Assembly (NCBI GenBank): GCA_963799845.1
Contig: CAWCYI010000006.1
Coordinates: 608,001-672,000, forward strand
Length of the DNA stretch: 64,000 nt
Reading direction: 5' to 3'
Source of the DNA: an uncultured Nitrososphaerota archaeon
GTDB lineage: Archaea; Thermoproteota; Nitrososphaeria; Nitrososphaerales; CADDZS01
The position numbers and the translations under genes were made by a program. Numbering within the stretch: position 1 is the first letter of the stretch; every line of letters starts with the position of its first letter. Below the pieces are notes generated by a model. That model was given only the letters and a program-made list of their open reading frames with translations. It searched no databases and was not told the DNA's origin. Positions 1-10,208 of this stretch are shown here, piece after piece.

Positions 1-338
1 AGAACGTTCACAATTTCATGTGGGTCGGCAAACACGCTGGTCGTTCCCAAAGGTAGAACTGCGCAAGCAAAATTTGAAGGCGTCAACATGGTACTTTCTA
101 TGTGAAGATGAGTATCGATCAATCCAGGAATGGCGATCAATCCACGGGCATCAATTGATTTCAACGCCCTAAAGTCCGAATCTTCGCCAACAGAGACAAT
201 TGTGTCTTTGAAAATCCCGATGTCGTTCTTCAGGATCTCGCCGGTATAGATATTCAGAACGCTACAATTTTTGATCAGCAGAGTTAGCGGTCTGCGCCCC
301 AAGGCCGAGGACAAGATTTCATTTAAGCTGGAGTTCAA
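1..338 (-). CDS. ade: Adenine deaminase, N-terminal part (runs off window edge)
   Basis: Manual translation from TTG 338: MNSSLNEILSSALGRRPLTLLIKNCSVLNIYTGE...IPGLIDTHLHIESTMLTPSNFA..VLPLGTTSVFADPHEIVNV; HxHIES and DPHEI motifs of the adenine deaminase family. Confidence 0.88.
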   Translation of the reverse strand, partial: MNSSLNEILSSALGRRPLTLLIKNCSVLNIYTGEILKNDIGIFKDTIVSVGEDSDFRALKSIDARGLIAIPGLIDTHLHIESTMLTPSNFACAVLPLGTTSVFADPHEIVNV

Positions 339-428
339 GAAATTCAAAGCTTTTCGTTAGACATAGGTCTCACCGACTTTTGATGAAGAGTTTTGCGATT
401 CCCGTCCGGATAGCAGCTGAGAAGCCAA

Positions 429-1995
429 CTACTCCGGAGGAATCTCTTTGTAGGCGAGCGAAATGTCAATTCCCCGCGATGCATGATATCTCTTCGAACC
501 AAGATAGATAACGGCGCCCAGGACAAATGAAACTATCACATAGCCGTAAGCTATACTGTTTGCACCCCAGACGGATCCATTAGCTAGGAATAGGTACGTG
601 ATGTATACAAAAACCGCAGCCATCAAGATTCCTGCGACGAAGAGTATTCCTTTCGAACTACCCTTTTCCTTTCGAAAGGCGTACACCGATGCAGCGAGGC
701 CGATGACAACAAAGTAAGCCATGGCGGCGACCACGTTCCCGAACAGAGACGACAAAGTGCCGTAAACGAAAGCAGAAGTACCGATCAAGCCAAGAGTTAT
801 CACCAGATCGATTACATGGGCGACGACCGGCGACCCGTACTTGGGGCTGATGTAAGAGAGTTGTTCAGGAAGGAACCGATCGAACGATTGAGCAAAAAGA
901 TATCTCGAGAAAACTATTACCCCGTAAGCGAGAACCCCAATGTTCCACACTATCCATCCTAGACCTATGAAGGCCTGGAGCGGATAGACTTGTTGTAGCG
1001 CCCATCGCGAACGTCCAGAAATTGAAATCGGAGAATGAAGAAAGAGTTCCTGTCAGGGCGCCGCTCACGAAGCTGAAACCGCCTGCAACGTACATAGCGC
1101 CAAAGGCACCAGTAATCAAAATCAAGGATATGACTGCAGATATTGGTACATTCCATCGAAGAGCGCTCTTGCCTTTCATTTCGGAGGCAACAGCCGGAGC
1201 TGCGTTAAGCCAAGGATAAACAAAGATGGCAAAGAACGGTATCAAGAAAAAGACTCCATTCCAGTTTATGGCGCTCGCTGTTGACGGAGCACTTACTTGC
1301 GACAGTGTAATATTAGCAGCAAAGTTAGTGTTCGCAAAATTGAGATAATTAGTAACGCCATTTGAACCGGCAGCAAATAATGTCAGCATTGCGATCGCTA
1401 GAGAGACGACCCCCACTATAATCAGAGCTGAAACTAACTTGTAGCCGGACTTTGGAGTAAAAATGTTGATAGCGATTAGGACAGTAAATATTATCGCGGC
1501 GACGACAAATTGCTGAAGAGCATTTCCCCCAAAATTAGCAGGGAGAGACAAACCGAACATACTGGAGTTACCCAGTCCAACTCCAACTCCGCCAATGGCG
1601 AAAACAGCAGACAGTGAGATTAGGGCAAGATATGCGAGCGTCTCAAGAGTATAACCCATAAAAGAAAAAGTGCTTCCGATAAATCCACCGAAAGTTCTTG
1701 AGGTCCAGACGTAATCTCCGCCGGTCCTCGGTAATCTTCTCGTCATCATCGTGTAGACTATGATTTGAGGAACAGAAAGCAAGAAAGCAATAATCGAAGT
1801 CAAAACCAAATTGAAACCAGAATTTACGATCGCAGCAGGCAGAAGCGTCGTGGTCAGGCCGATGGTCCCGAGACCTGCGCCCACGGACATGTTTCCGAGG
1901 TTTAATGTAATCGCATCAATGAAGGATACATTTTTCACGAGCCCAGTACTATCTCGAGTGAAAACTTTCTTCGAAGCTGTTCCAGCCATTTGCAC
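429..1995 (-). CDS. APC-family amino acid/amine permease, split by a frameshift near 985-990
   Basis: ORF 865-1995 (VFTRDSTGLVK, PRTGGDYVWTSR, many TM helices) continues in ORF 429-950 (SFDRFLP...YKEIPPE); removing one base gives TSYPLQAFIGLGWIVWN. Confidence 0.85.
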
Positions 1996-2548
1996 GCGAC
2001 CTATGCTGCCTCGTATAAATAGTTAAGCCACCACTTTAGTTTTGAATAATCGAAAGACCTAGTTTCTGCTCCAAGAAATTTGTCCTTGTGCCTTATCAAG
2101 ACTTTTTTCCGCATCCCGCCTTTTTAGGAAAACGATTAGTTTGTCTGGTGCGATTCTCGATAATCGCCCTAATTACTTGAATCGTTAATCATCTTATCAT
2201 AAAATCCAAATTTAAGAAGATAATCATGGTTCTGATCGCGTACAAAAGGCTCTCTGTTTCAAAGTAAGTCGATTGAATTTTTTCCTCGTATCAACATCCA
2301 ACAGTATCAATTTCCGATATATTCCAGTTCTCATTTTAGGCGCTCTAACATGGCCTGCTAATATGCATCGAAAAAAGATAGAGGCGTCGTTATCAAGAAG
2401 ATTTGACAGATTTAGGCATATGAGACAAGTCGGGTTGGTAGAGAGTAATTTACCTAGGCCGTATTTTTGTGTATGACTACTGTGAACGCATTTTGACAGA
2501 AAGCTAGGATTAAATCACCCTAGGCCAAGGGGCCGGCCGAATCTTTCA

Positions 2549-2962
2549 ATGAGCATAGATAACAGCGGATATCTGAACGAAATACCGTCGTCAAATCCAA
2601 TCAATACTTTCGCGCCCAGAGCGGATACTCAACAGGTGTTGGCAGTTGAGTTCGATACTGAAGTAAAGGACTGGTGGATCGAAGGTGGGAGACTCGGAAT
2701 CCCAAAAGAATACAGACAATACTTTCCAAGACCAGGAGACCCAATCGTCCTTATAGACTATGAGGGCAGGATGTACAGATCCAAAATGCACAACCTGTGG
2801 CAAGGTGTGGATGTAGGCCGGATCGACGGGATCAAGCCATTCTATAAGAACCATCCAATAATTACCCCTGGCACGAAGCTCCATGTGAAAGTAACCGGAA
2901 AAAGTACTGCAGTGGTCATGCTGGCAGAAAGACCCGTCAGACCGATAATGGGTCAGATGTAA
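2549..2962 (+). CDS. Hypothetical protein with B3/EcoRII-N-like DNA-binding pseudobarrel pattern
   Basis: ATG start, upstream GATTAAAT box, downstream hairpin plus T-run; GRLGIPKEYRQYFP...IVLIDYEGRMY...GIKPFYKNHPIITPGTKL. Confidence 0.55.
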   Translation: MSIDNSGYLNEIPSSNPINTFAPRADTQQVLAVEFDTEVKDWWIEGGRLGIPKEYRQYFPRPGDPIVLIDYEGRMYRSKMHNLWQGVDVGRIDGIKPFYKNHPIITPGTKLHVKVTGKSTAVVMLAERPVRPIMGQM

Positions 2963-2984
2963 CCGGTACTGGATTGCATCATAA

Positions 2985-3022
2985 CGAGGGCAGCAGTCCG
3001 CTGACCCTCGGATAATTTTTTC
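2985..3022 (+). terminator. Hairpin plus oligo-T terminator
   Basis: CGAGGGCAGC-AGTCC-GCTGACCCTCG stem-loop followed by T7 at 3016-3022. Confidence 0.55.
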
Positions 3023-3129
3023 ATCGAGATATCATACGAGTGTATTCTCAATATTGGATCATTACTGAGTCGGGGGATAAGTGTCAGAATATGAGGAGCT
3101 GACACGACAAATCTAGGTACTTTCCGGAG

Positions 3130-3300
3130 TCATTCATTCTTCGATTGATACCGATCCTGAACTCGGTATCTCAAATATCTGTCATCAGGAGAAAATCTGG
3201 GAGGATGTGGACTGATCACTTCAACCGAGCCACACTTCGGGCATTTTTCGCCTAGAGTATATGTCTCGCAGACCTTGCACTTGTGTAAGAGTCTATTCAA
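3130..3300 (-). CDS. nop10: H/ACA RNP protein Nop10 (56 aa, below ORF-track cutoff)
   Basis: MNRLLHKCKVCETYTLGEKCPKCGSVEVISPHPPRFSPDDRYLRYR; Zn-ribbon and PPRFSPDD motif; directly downstream of aIF2a as in other archaea. Confidence 0.93.
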   Translation of the reverse strand: MNRLLHKCKVCETYTLGEKCPKCGSVEVISPHPPRFSPDDRYLRYRVQDRYQSKNE

Positions 3301-4112
3301 GCTGCTTGCGAGATTCCTCTCTTGTAAAGCTGAATTTTCCCTTGTTCTTCTCTAGAGGCGTGCTGATCCGTTCTAGAGCGCTCTGTAGTGCTCTCTCAGC
3401 AACCTTGTAGTTCTCAGCTTTGACCGTAAGCCTGTATCGCGGAGTGCCGAGGTAAGTTACCTTAATTTGAACGCCTGAAGTCTTGACATCCTCGCCTGAT
3501 CTCAGGGCGCTTTTGATGACTTCAATGCCGTTTGAGGTCTTCACCCTGATGTCCATTACGCCACGCACCTCGACGATGGGAATCGCAATTTTCTCCTTTA
3601 CAACCTGCTCGAGAGCTTCGACCAGCGGGAGATCAAGTTCGAGCTTCTGGAGAGCTTTTGGGCCGCGGCGAGCAATATCTTCGAAACCGTCGTAGAGAGT
3701 ATCGTACTGATTCAGAACTGCATCATGGATTTTCTTCAAGGCCGATTCATTGCTTCAGCTTTGATTTCAAGGCATCAAGAATGGTAGCAGCCTTTTCCGT
3801 TTTCTTAACTTCAATTATCTTCGCCTTTCGCTCCTCACCGGAGACTTGTCGAAGAGAGAGATCGATTTCCTTTCTCGTGCGATTAATCCGGATTACTTTC
3901 AGTACGATTTTTTGTCCCGGTTTTGCATATCTTTCGATATCTCTAACCCACCCAGTGGCAATTTCACTAATGTGCAAAAAGGCAGGAAGTTTTCCGTACT
4001 CATCCAGAGTAACGTAAACTCCGTGCGCAGTGATTTCCTTTACAGTTGCGAGTACCAGCTCTCCGTCTTCGGGCATGGATTGCGGGGTAGGGAGAGCGTT
4101 TTCGGTGGTCAA
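3293..4112 (-). CDS. eif2a: Translation initiation factor aIF2 alpha, split by a frameshift near 3755
   Basis: S1 domain (PEDGELVLATVKEI..GVYVTLDEY..FLHISEIA) in 3747-4112; C-terminal domain (GIEVIK..YLGTPRYRL) in 3293-3739. Confidence 0.93.
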
Positions 4113-4265
4113 CTGTATGAAATAATCTCCTGACTTGCTCGAAACTGAGTTCTTATTGCAAAATAGAGGTAAATAGGTTTCTCGGATTGGAAGATGATTC
4201 TAAGGTTCGAGATAGAACAGAAAGATCTCCGTTCCATTCTCCCGGAAGCGAATTATCTCAGATAA

Positions 4266-4481
4266 CTAGGTGTAATCCAGCCTCTTGACTTCCGGACCGA
4301 GGCTTTCCGAATACTCCACTTTGCCGCCAGTGTTGTATGCGAGAACTTCCCCACACTGTTTACACTTGACTTCCTTCGTGCTGTTCGAGTAAAACACGTT
4401 TTCAGTGCCGCATTTCACGCATGTGCCAGAATTGAACTCACTCTTGGGCTGCGGGATGCTGATTCTTTCTTTTCGGACCAT
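4266..4481 (-). CDS. rps27e: 30S ribosomal protein S27e
   Basis: IPQPKSEF...CVKCG...VKCKQCGEVLAYNTGGK; follows rpl44e. Confidence 0.92.
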   Translation of the reverse strand: MVRKERISIPQPKSEFNSGTCVKCGTENVFYSNSTKEVKCKQCGEVLAYNTGGKVEYSESLGPEVKRLDYT

Positions 4482-4513
4482 GTTAATTTTTCCCCGATGT
4501 TGAAACAACACGG

Positions 4514-4792
4514 CTATTGTTCAATCTCAAGCTTTCGGAGGCGGATGCCAAGACGAGTAACGATTTTCCCGCATTCTTTACACTTCAATCGCAAGATCTG
4601 CTTTTTCGTCGTTTTCGCAGTTCGAATCAGCTTTGGAAACTTTTGTCCCCCATAACCATGGATATCTTCCTCGTGCCTGCGGGCGCCGACCGCGGTCGCT
4701 CGCTGCTTCCCGGCCTTGTAAATACTCACGGTGTGAACCGTATGTTTGTTATCGTGAGGGCAATACGTCTTCATTTCTTTAACCATTTTCAT
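4514..4792 (-). CDS. rpl44e: 50S ribosomal protein L44e
   Basis: TYCPH..KHTVH, GYGGQKFP, AKTTKK..LRLKCKECG. Confidence 0.95.
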   Translation of the reverse strand: MKMVKEMKTYCPHDNKHTVHTVSIYKAGKQRATAVGARRHEEDIHGYGGQKFPKLIRTAKTTKKQILRLKCKECGKIVTRLGIRLRKLEIEQ

Positions 4793-4924
4793 GTTGATAT
4801 TTCACTCCCAGTTTTCGGATTTAATAGACTTGCATAAACAAAAATTCATGCAAGAACAGTACCTTCGATTTATGCCCTTATTAACGTAGTGCAAACCGCC
4901 GGTCCAGAATCATGATAGTCGTCG

Positions 4925-5488
4925 TCAATCCTCGGGCTCTATCCAATTCTTGGCGATTATTCCAATCTTAGCCAGGCTTTTCGCATTTTCCAGCGGTAAG
5001 ATTGCCACGTCTTCCGGTTCAAACGGCCCGTAAGTCGCAAGATCTGTTCCGGATAGTGCAGAGTAGGGCTGGCTGAATCTGACAATAACGTATTTTTGCT
5101 TTACAATCTCGCTGACTCGATCAAGCTCTGCGATCTGGCCATTCAAGATTGCCTGACTAATTCTTTCGAATCTTTTTCTGGACTGGACAAGGGGTTCGAC
5201 AATATAGCGTTCCTCCGGGGCCAAATTAGCTATCTCAGATTCAGGATCCTGACGAAATTTTGATACTCTAAGTTCAATCAGCCGGCGAGAAATATTGGAG
5301 AGGAGTCTCCTCTCCGCCAAACTTAGTTCTGAGATCAAGTTCTTTTCTCTCTCCGAGCTCTCTGACCTTATTGTCTTGATGTGTGCGGCGACGTCTTTGT
5401 AGGTGTTGGGGTTAATCTTGAGGAGCTCCTTTGTCCTGTTTTCATCCTCAAGTAGCCGGTTCAGCTTGTCTGCAATGGACTCAATCAA
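4925..5488 (-). CDS. GINS complex subunit (Gins15/51-like)
   Basis: Helical A domain (ELRVSK..NLAPEERYI), C-terminal B domain (GTDLATYGPFEPEDVAILPLENAKSL); located between priS and rpl44e. Confidence 0.85.
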   Translation of the reverse strand: MIESIADKLNRLLEDENRTKELLKINPNTYKDVAAHIKTIRSESSEREKNLISELSLAERRLLSNISRRLIELRVSKFRQDPESEIANLAPEERYIVEPLVQSRKRFERISQAILNGQIAELDRVSEIVKQKYVIVRFSQPYSALSGTDLATYGPFEPEDVAILPLENAKSLAKIGIIAKNWIEPED

Positions 5489-5509
5489 ATCAGCCGCCCC
5501 AATTCCGAA

Positions 5510-6715
5510 TTAACTCGCATGAGCGACATCAGTTTTTGAAGCCTGCGCTGGGACTCCGACAAGGTCAGATTTATCGGCCTCGATTTTTGCCGCGCCCCGG
5601 GAAATCAGATAGACAGCAAGATACATAGGAACTTTTGCAGCTGTCTTCTTTTGGATGGGCCCGATGGAAGTACCCCCGAGCGTTATCCTGGGGCACATCT
5701 CGATATTGATTGATACCGGTTCGTCTTCCTCCGGGAGCGCAACAGCTTCTGAAAACGGGTCAAAGGATGCCAAATCAACGCATCTCCGCTTCACCAGGCC
5801 AGTTTTATTGTTCAGAGTTTCAGCCATTCTGAAGACCCGGTGAATGTCAGCCGTGACCATCGCATCTATTCTAACGCGATTCGAATCGATTGCTGAACCC
5901 ATAAGATTCTCAATTTGTTCAGATTCGAGTTCGTTCGTCATTTCCAAGATACGCTTCTCAAACTCTGCGCTCTTGAATGGCTTTGCACCCGGCGGGAGAT
6001 CCCTAATGTATCTGGCGACTCGACCACGCCAGCCAGGATCTTTTGGTGACAGGCGTGGTGTCTCAAAGACATTCGCGGTCACACCTTGAGCGGTGAGATA
6101 GTCTGAGATCTCGGATCTTCCGTGTTGGTCAAGCTCATCCAGTTGGCTACTTTCAACCTCGACGTGGAATCCGGCATTCCCCGAGAAGAATGTAGTTATT
6201 TGGGAACTCGAGATTCCAAAGTCTTGTTCCAGGAACTCCAGCAGTCTAAAGGTTTCTTTTTTGACTCCTTCAATACATTTGGAACACGCCCAGGTCATTT
6301 CGAGAATTGTCGTTCCCTTACAACTTGGGCAGTCTTCTGGTCTAAGTCCAAATTCTTTATGCCCACATTTCTTGCAAAACCAAACATCGTGTTCGTTCTT
6401 GCAAGAAAGTTTTAGAGCATCGGCATCTATGTCAAAAATCAAGTTAGCTTTGATCCAACCTTTCTTCTGCATTTCGGCGGTCGGATCTTCGTAAAGCGAA
6501 TTTGAACAGTAAACTCCCGCTGGAGCCTCCTTCACTAGAAGGGCTCGGAATAAGCCGATGTCGCGAAACGACAGGTGACGGATCATGCCTCCGTTGAATG
6601 GAAAGTAGCCAAACTCTCTCGACCCGATATGCGATGGCGCTTTGATTCTATCGGAGTGCTTGAAGTAGTACTCCCTAAAATAGCGCTTGAGGGCTAGCGT
6701 CGAGTTTTCGTCCAT
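5510..6715 (-). CDS. priS: DNA primase small (catalytic) subunit
   Basis: REFGY, RHLSF, LIFDIDAD, FSGNAGFH, IDAMVTADIHRVFR motifs. Confidence 0.95.
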   Translation of the reverse strand: MDENSTLALKRYFREYYFKHSDRIKAPSHIGSREFGYFPFNGGMIRHLSFRDIGLFRALLVKEAPAGVYCSNSLYEDPTAEMQKKGWIKANLIFDIDADALKLSCKNEHDVWFCKKCGHKEFGLRPEDCPSCKGTTILEMTWACSKCIEGVKKETFRLLEFLEQDFGISSSQITTFFSGNAGFHVEVESSQLDELDQHGRSEISDYLTAQGVTANVFETPRLSPKDPGWRGRVARYIRDLPPGAKPFKSAEFEKRILEMTNELESEQIENLMGSAIDSNRVRIDAMVTADIHRVFRMAETLNNKTGLVKRRCVDLASFDPFSEAVALPEEDEPVSINIEMCPRITLGGTSIGPIQKKTAAKVPMYLAVYLISRGAAKIEADKSDLVGVPAQASKTDVAHAS

Positions 6716-7804
6716 CCTTTTCTCCCCTCTCTATTTTCTCCACCATTTTCCCTCTTTGTTTTTTCTCCCTTTGTCTTCGGTGGCTCCTTCGAAACTGGGC
6801 TCTGTCTGGAAGGATACTGAAGTGGGCTGGAAATCTCGAAGCATTTTATAGGATCTTTGAAACAAAACCCATGAGTTTGCAAGGTCTTGCACGACGGCAC
6901 GCTGTACCTGGTCCTACCTCCTTTCAAACCGGCGATATGTTCCACCTGATATTTCGTGATTGATTGTTTGAAGTCGGGGGCCTTCGGGAATAACGCCATT
7001 ATATCGTCTACGCTCTTACCGACAGCGAGAAGATATGTTGCCATCAGGAACCTTCCGTAGTGCGGGACGTTCTGACCTTTTTCTAGCAAATTGAGAGCCT
7101 CGCGGACGCAGGGCGGGTAGTCTTCTGGCTTTACATTGATTATCGAATAGGCACTTTTTGGTGGGGGAGGTGCCAGAGAAACGAGCTTTCGCACGATTAA
7201 CTCTAAATTCTGGGGAAGCTTCGGAACTTTTGCTTCACCCAGACGTTGCATAATTCAGCTGGCGGATCTCTTCTCTGATCAGTCTGATCAAATCTTGCTG
7301 GCTTATGTAGACTTTGCCATCTTGCACTATTCGGTTCACAAGCTTCCATTCTGTCTTGTGAAAATGAACGGCCCTCTTAACGTAATCCGCGATTGTGATT
7401 CTAAACTTTGGATAATGAGCATCGTTTGATCGCTCTAAGTTTATTTTCAAAAAATCTTTGAAAATATCTTCGATTATGCGATCATTTTGTTCCTGCCTCA
7501 GGAATGATTCAACGCGAATTGCCTCGGCAAGAGCGTATCGTTCCATCAGATGATCTAATTTAGTTGATCTAACTAGTACGAGCGATACAGGGAAAGACAT
7601 TATTTCTACCTCCCGGCTCTCTCCGATCTTGTCCGACACTTTTCCCGGACCCAGCGCTTCGATTACTCTTTGTTCGGCCCGATCTAACACTTTCTTGTAG
7701 TCCGGGCTTGAGAGATCAACTAGGGAGAGACCCTGCGCCCTTATGAAATCGCCAGCTTGCGGCAAGAATGTGTATCTTGCCAGATCGTCATTTCCAAATT
7801 GCAA
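6694..7804 (-). CDS. priL: DNA primase large subunit, split by a frameshift near 7254
   Basis: N-part (RYTFL..WKLVNRIVQDGKVY) plus Fe-S C-terminal domain (YPPCV..HYGRF..YQVEHIAG..YSVPSC..C..C). Confidence 0.92.
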
Positions 7805-7884
7805 GTTATCTAACCATCTGAGCTCGCACGATTTCCTTAACTAATTTCTGAAATTGATGTCATCTTTCTAAACCAGAATTTGGA

Positions 7885-8340
7885 CTAGGAGATCCATGAT
7901 GAACTCCCATCACGATAGATCTCCTTCTTGAATAAGGCTGGTTCTTTCTTGTATCTTTCAACTGCGTCTCGCAAGGCTGCAAATCCTCGATCTCTCCTGG
8001 GAGAAGCGACAATCACCATGACGACTGGCTCACCCGCGGAAAAGCTGCCCATCGCATGGACGATCATGATGTCCGTCAGGTCGTATTTTTTCATAATTTC
8101 TTTGCAGATCTTATTGAGCACTGTATTTGCATGTCTTTCATAGGATTCGATGACGAGGGATTTGATCTTTCTTTGTCCATCCGCACTTTCGAGTCTTGCG
8201 ACTCCGAGAAAGCTTAGGACAGACCCGGTATTTTTTCCAAGGCCCTTCAGAAAATCCGCATAAATCTCGGAAAAGTCAATCTTGTTCTTGGGATAAACTC
8301 CAGAAGAAATTTTTTGAACTCTTCTTCTATTAGCCGTTAT
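7885..8340 (-). CDS. moaE: Molybdopterin synthase catalytic subunit MoaE (start uncertain)
   Basis: Frame is open upstream of the track ORF: GSVLSFLGVAR..LVIESYERHA..IVHAMG..VASPRR..FKKEIY; no canonical in-frame start codon seen. Confidence 0.8.
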   Translation of the reverse strand: MTANRRRVQKISSGVYPKNKIDFSEIYADFLKGLGKNTGSVLSFLGVARLESADGQRKIKSLVIESYERHANTVLNKICKEIMKKYDLTDIMIVHAMGSFSAGEPVVMVIVASPRRDRGFAALRDAVERYKKEPALFKKEIYRDGSSSWIS

Positions 8341-8359
8341 CTGGGCGCAACTCCCGCAA

Positions 8360-8903
8360 TTATGTGCCGCGAGCGATAAACACCGCGTGGCGGATCTCCT
8401 TTTGAATTAGTTCCATCCCCAGACCCGAAGCATCTGGAGAACCAGGAAGACAGAAAACAACTTTTGTCTCAATCGTACCTGCAATAGCTCTTGACATCAA
8501 CGCCGGAGATCCGATCGACTCGTAACTTCAGCTTCCGAAAGATTTCCCCAAATCCGTCCAGCGTCTTATCCAAGAGTGGTCTTATTGCTTCGACCGTAAC
8601 GTCCCTGGGAGAAAGACCGGTTCCTCCAATGAAAATCGCAGCGTCGAAATTTTCGTCGAACAGAGATTTGAAAAGGGAAAGTCTGATCATCGACCTATTG
8701 TCGTCAATGACGGAGTGAGAGAATTCATGACCCTCCCTTTCGAGAACTTCCTTTGCAATCTCGCCGCTTTCGTCTCTCAGACCCTTGTCGCGAAATCTAC
8801 TGGAGCTGACAGTGAAAAGCGCCACCCTGATTTTTTGCGGCGAAGCCTCCTTATGCGATGTGGCCGACTTGGATTCATTGTGAGAGTGGCGATCTGAATG
8901 CAT
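8360..8903 (-). CDS. moaB: MoaB/MogA molybdopterin adenylyltransferase, split by a frameshift near 8528
   Basis: TVSSSR..DESG, GGTGLSPRDVTVEA, GFGEIFRKL; shifted frame continues SYESIGSPALMSRAIAG..FCLPGSPDA to TAA at 8360. Confidence 0.88.
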
Positions 8904-8906
8904 GTC

Positions 8907-9359
8907 TCATTTTCCGCCCTTGATTTTCCTCACGACGTGGATATTCTCGATGCGAGAAGTGGGATACTGTCCATTTTCGTCCTTCTCATACTTTTTCACG
9001 ACATCCCAGATATTCAGCAGGGCGCAGGCGACCGCGTTGAGCGCCTCCATTTCGACTCCAGTCCTGCTTTGTGCCACGACGTCGACACGCACCGTTATTG
9101 AGTCCGCGCCTTTTGAAAAATCGACCCTTGTCGCTTCTACCGGCACTTGATGACAGAGCATCAGTGAAGTTGGTGTTGACTTTACCGCCTGTATGGCCGC
9201 GACCGATGCAATTGCGAGCGGATCTCCCTTTTCCACCTTTCCATCTGCCAGTAGTTTTATCGTCGATTTTCTAAGGATTATACGGCCCTCAGCGGTGGCC
9301 TGTCTCCGAACCATCGGCTTTGCAGAAATATCTATCATCTTGGGAACGGAGTACTCCAT
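8907..9359 (-). CDS. moaC: Cyclic pyranopterin monophosphate synthase MoaC
   Basis: MIDISAK, LMLCHQV, TGVEMEALNAV, WDVVKKYEKDENGQYP (archaeal type). Confidence 0.95.
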   Translation of the reverse strand: MEYSVPKMIDISAKPMVRRQATAEGRIILRKSTIKLLADGKVEKGDPLAIASVAAIQAVKSTPTSLMLCHQVPVEATRVDFSKGADSITVRVDVVAQSRTGVEMEALNAVACALLNIWDVVKKYEKDENGQYPTSRIENIHVVRKIKGGK

Positions 9360-9524
9360 CTTTTTGCAACCGGTTTGCAATTTCTTCGAGCGTCAAATAA
9401 TTACGTTTCCCTAGGAGTTTCTTTTCAGGTCTGCGGGTACGAAACTACCTGAAGTGACCGGCACCTGCGGCCCCCGCTGTAACCTTGCTGAAAGAATGTG
9501 AAAAGGAGCTCTACCTCTATACTA

Positions 9525-9628
9525 TAGCAATAGAATTAGCCAGAAGAGCTTGAAACGAGCTCTTCGGTACGCAGAATTGCATCCCCGTGTAGAACAGGGC
9601 AAAAATGGCATAATAAATCAATGAAACT
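9525..9628. repeat. Dispersed hairpin element, copy 1
   Basis: 45/54 nt identical to 16867-16920; 10-bp stem GAAGAGCTTG-AAA-CGAGCTCTTC flanked by AGAATT direct repeats; shared TAATAAATCA block at 9611-9620. Confidence 0.8.
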
Positions 9629-9814
9629 CACACGGGCCTTCGTTATTCGAAGAAGGTACAGGAGAACAAAAGTTGAGGGAGACCTTTCCCAGTTGCCTCG
9701 CATGCTTCAACTGGACTTTGATAAACTCTCTGTTGCGATTGAAATTACTCCTAGGACCTCAACTAATTATGGAAAAGGAATATACCGGATTTGGCCGTGA
9801 TGTGATCAGACTTA

Positions 9815-10150
9815 ATGGCCGACATAACCGTTCGATATTTTGGAATGCTTCGCGAGATAGTGGGCAAGAAAAGTGAAATTGTTACGATTGAAGATTTATC
9901 GAGTGGAGCAGATCTGCTCAACTCGATATCAAACGCTCATGGGAAGAAATTCAGAGAATTTCTCTTCGATTCTGAAGGTAAAATAAGGCTAGGGCTGGCT
10001 TTTGCCGTTAATGGCTCCTCGGTTCAAAAATCTACTCTGTCGAGGACGAGATGTGAGAATATCTCAGAATTTGTAATCCTGCCTCCGATAAGTGGGGGCA
10101 GTGATTGTGTTGCCATTGTACGTTTCAATGACAGGAACTGGCAGATGTAG
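9815..10150 (+). CDS. MoaD/ThiS/SAMP-family ubiquitin-like sulfur carrier
   Basis: ITVRYFGMLREIVG...AVNG...ILPPISGG; the GG motif is followed by a 16-aa extension. Confidence 0.85.
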   Translation: MADITVRYFGMLREIVGKKSEIVTIEDLSSGADLLNSISNAHGKKFREFLFDSEGKIRLGLAFAVNGSSVQKSTLSRTRCENISEFVILPPISGGSDCVAIVRFNDRNWQM

Positions 10151-10208
10151 TCTAAATCATCCATGAATGTTTTTTTAGGTCGGAAAAGATTCTCGTTTTT
10201 CGTTCTCT

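Noticed and set aside
3293-7804. True pseudogenisation or programmed frameshifting of aIF2a and priL, or a naturally split PriL
   Set aside because: Both are essential, single-base removal restores them, there is no slippery heptamer, and the shifts share the AGCT context seen in unrelated genes.
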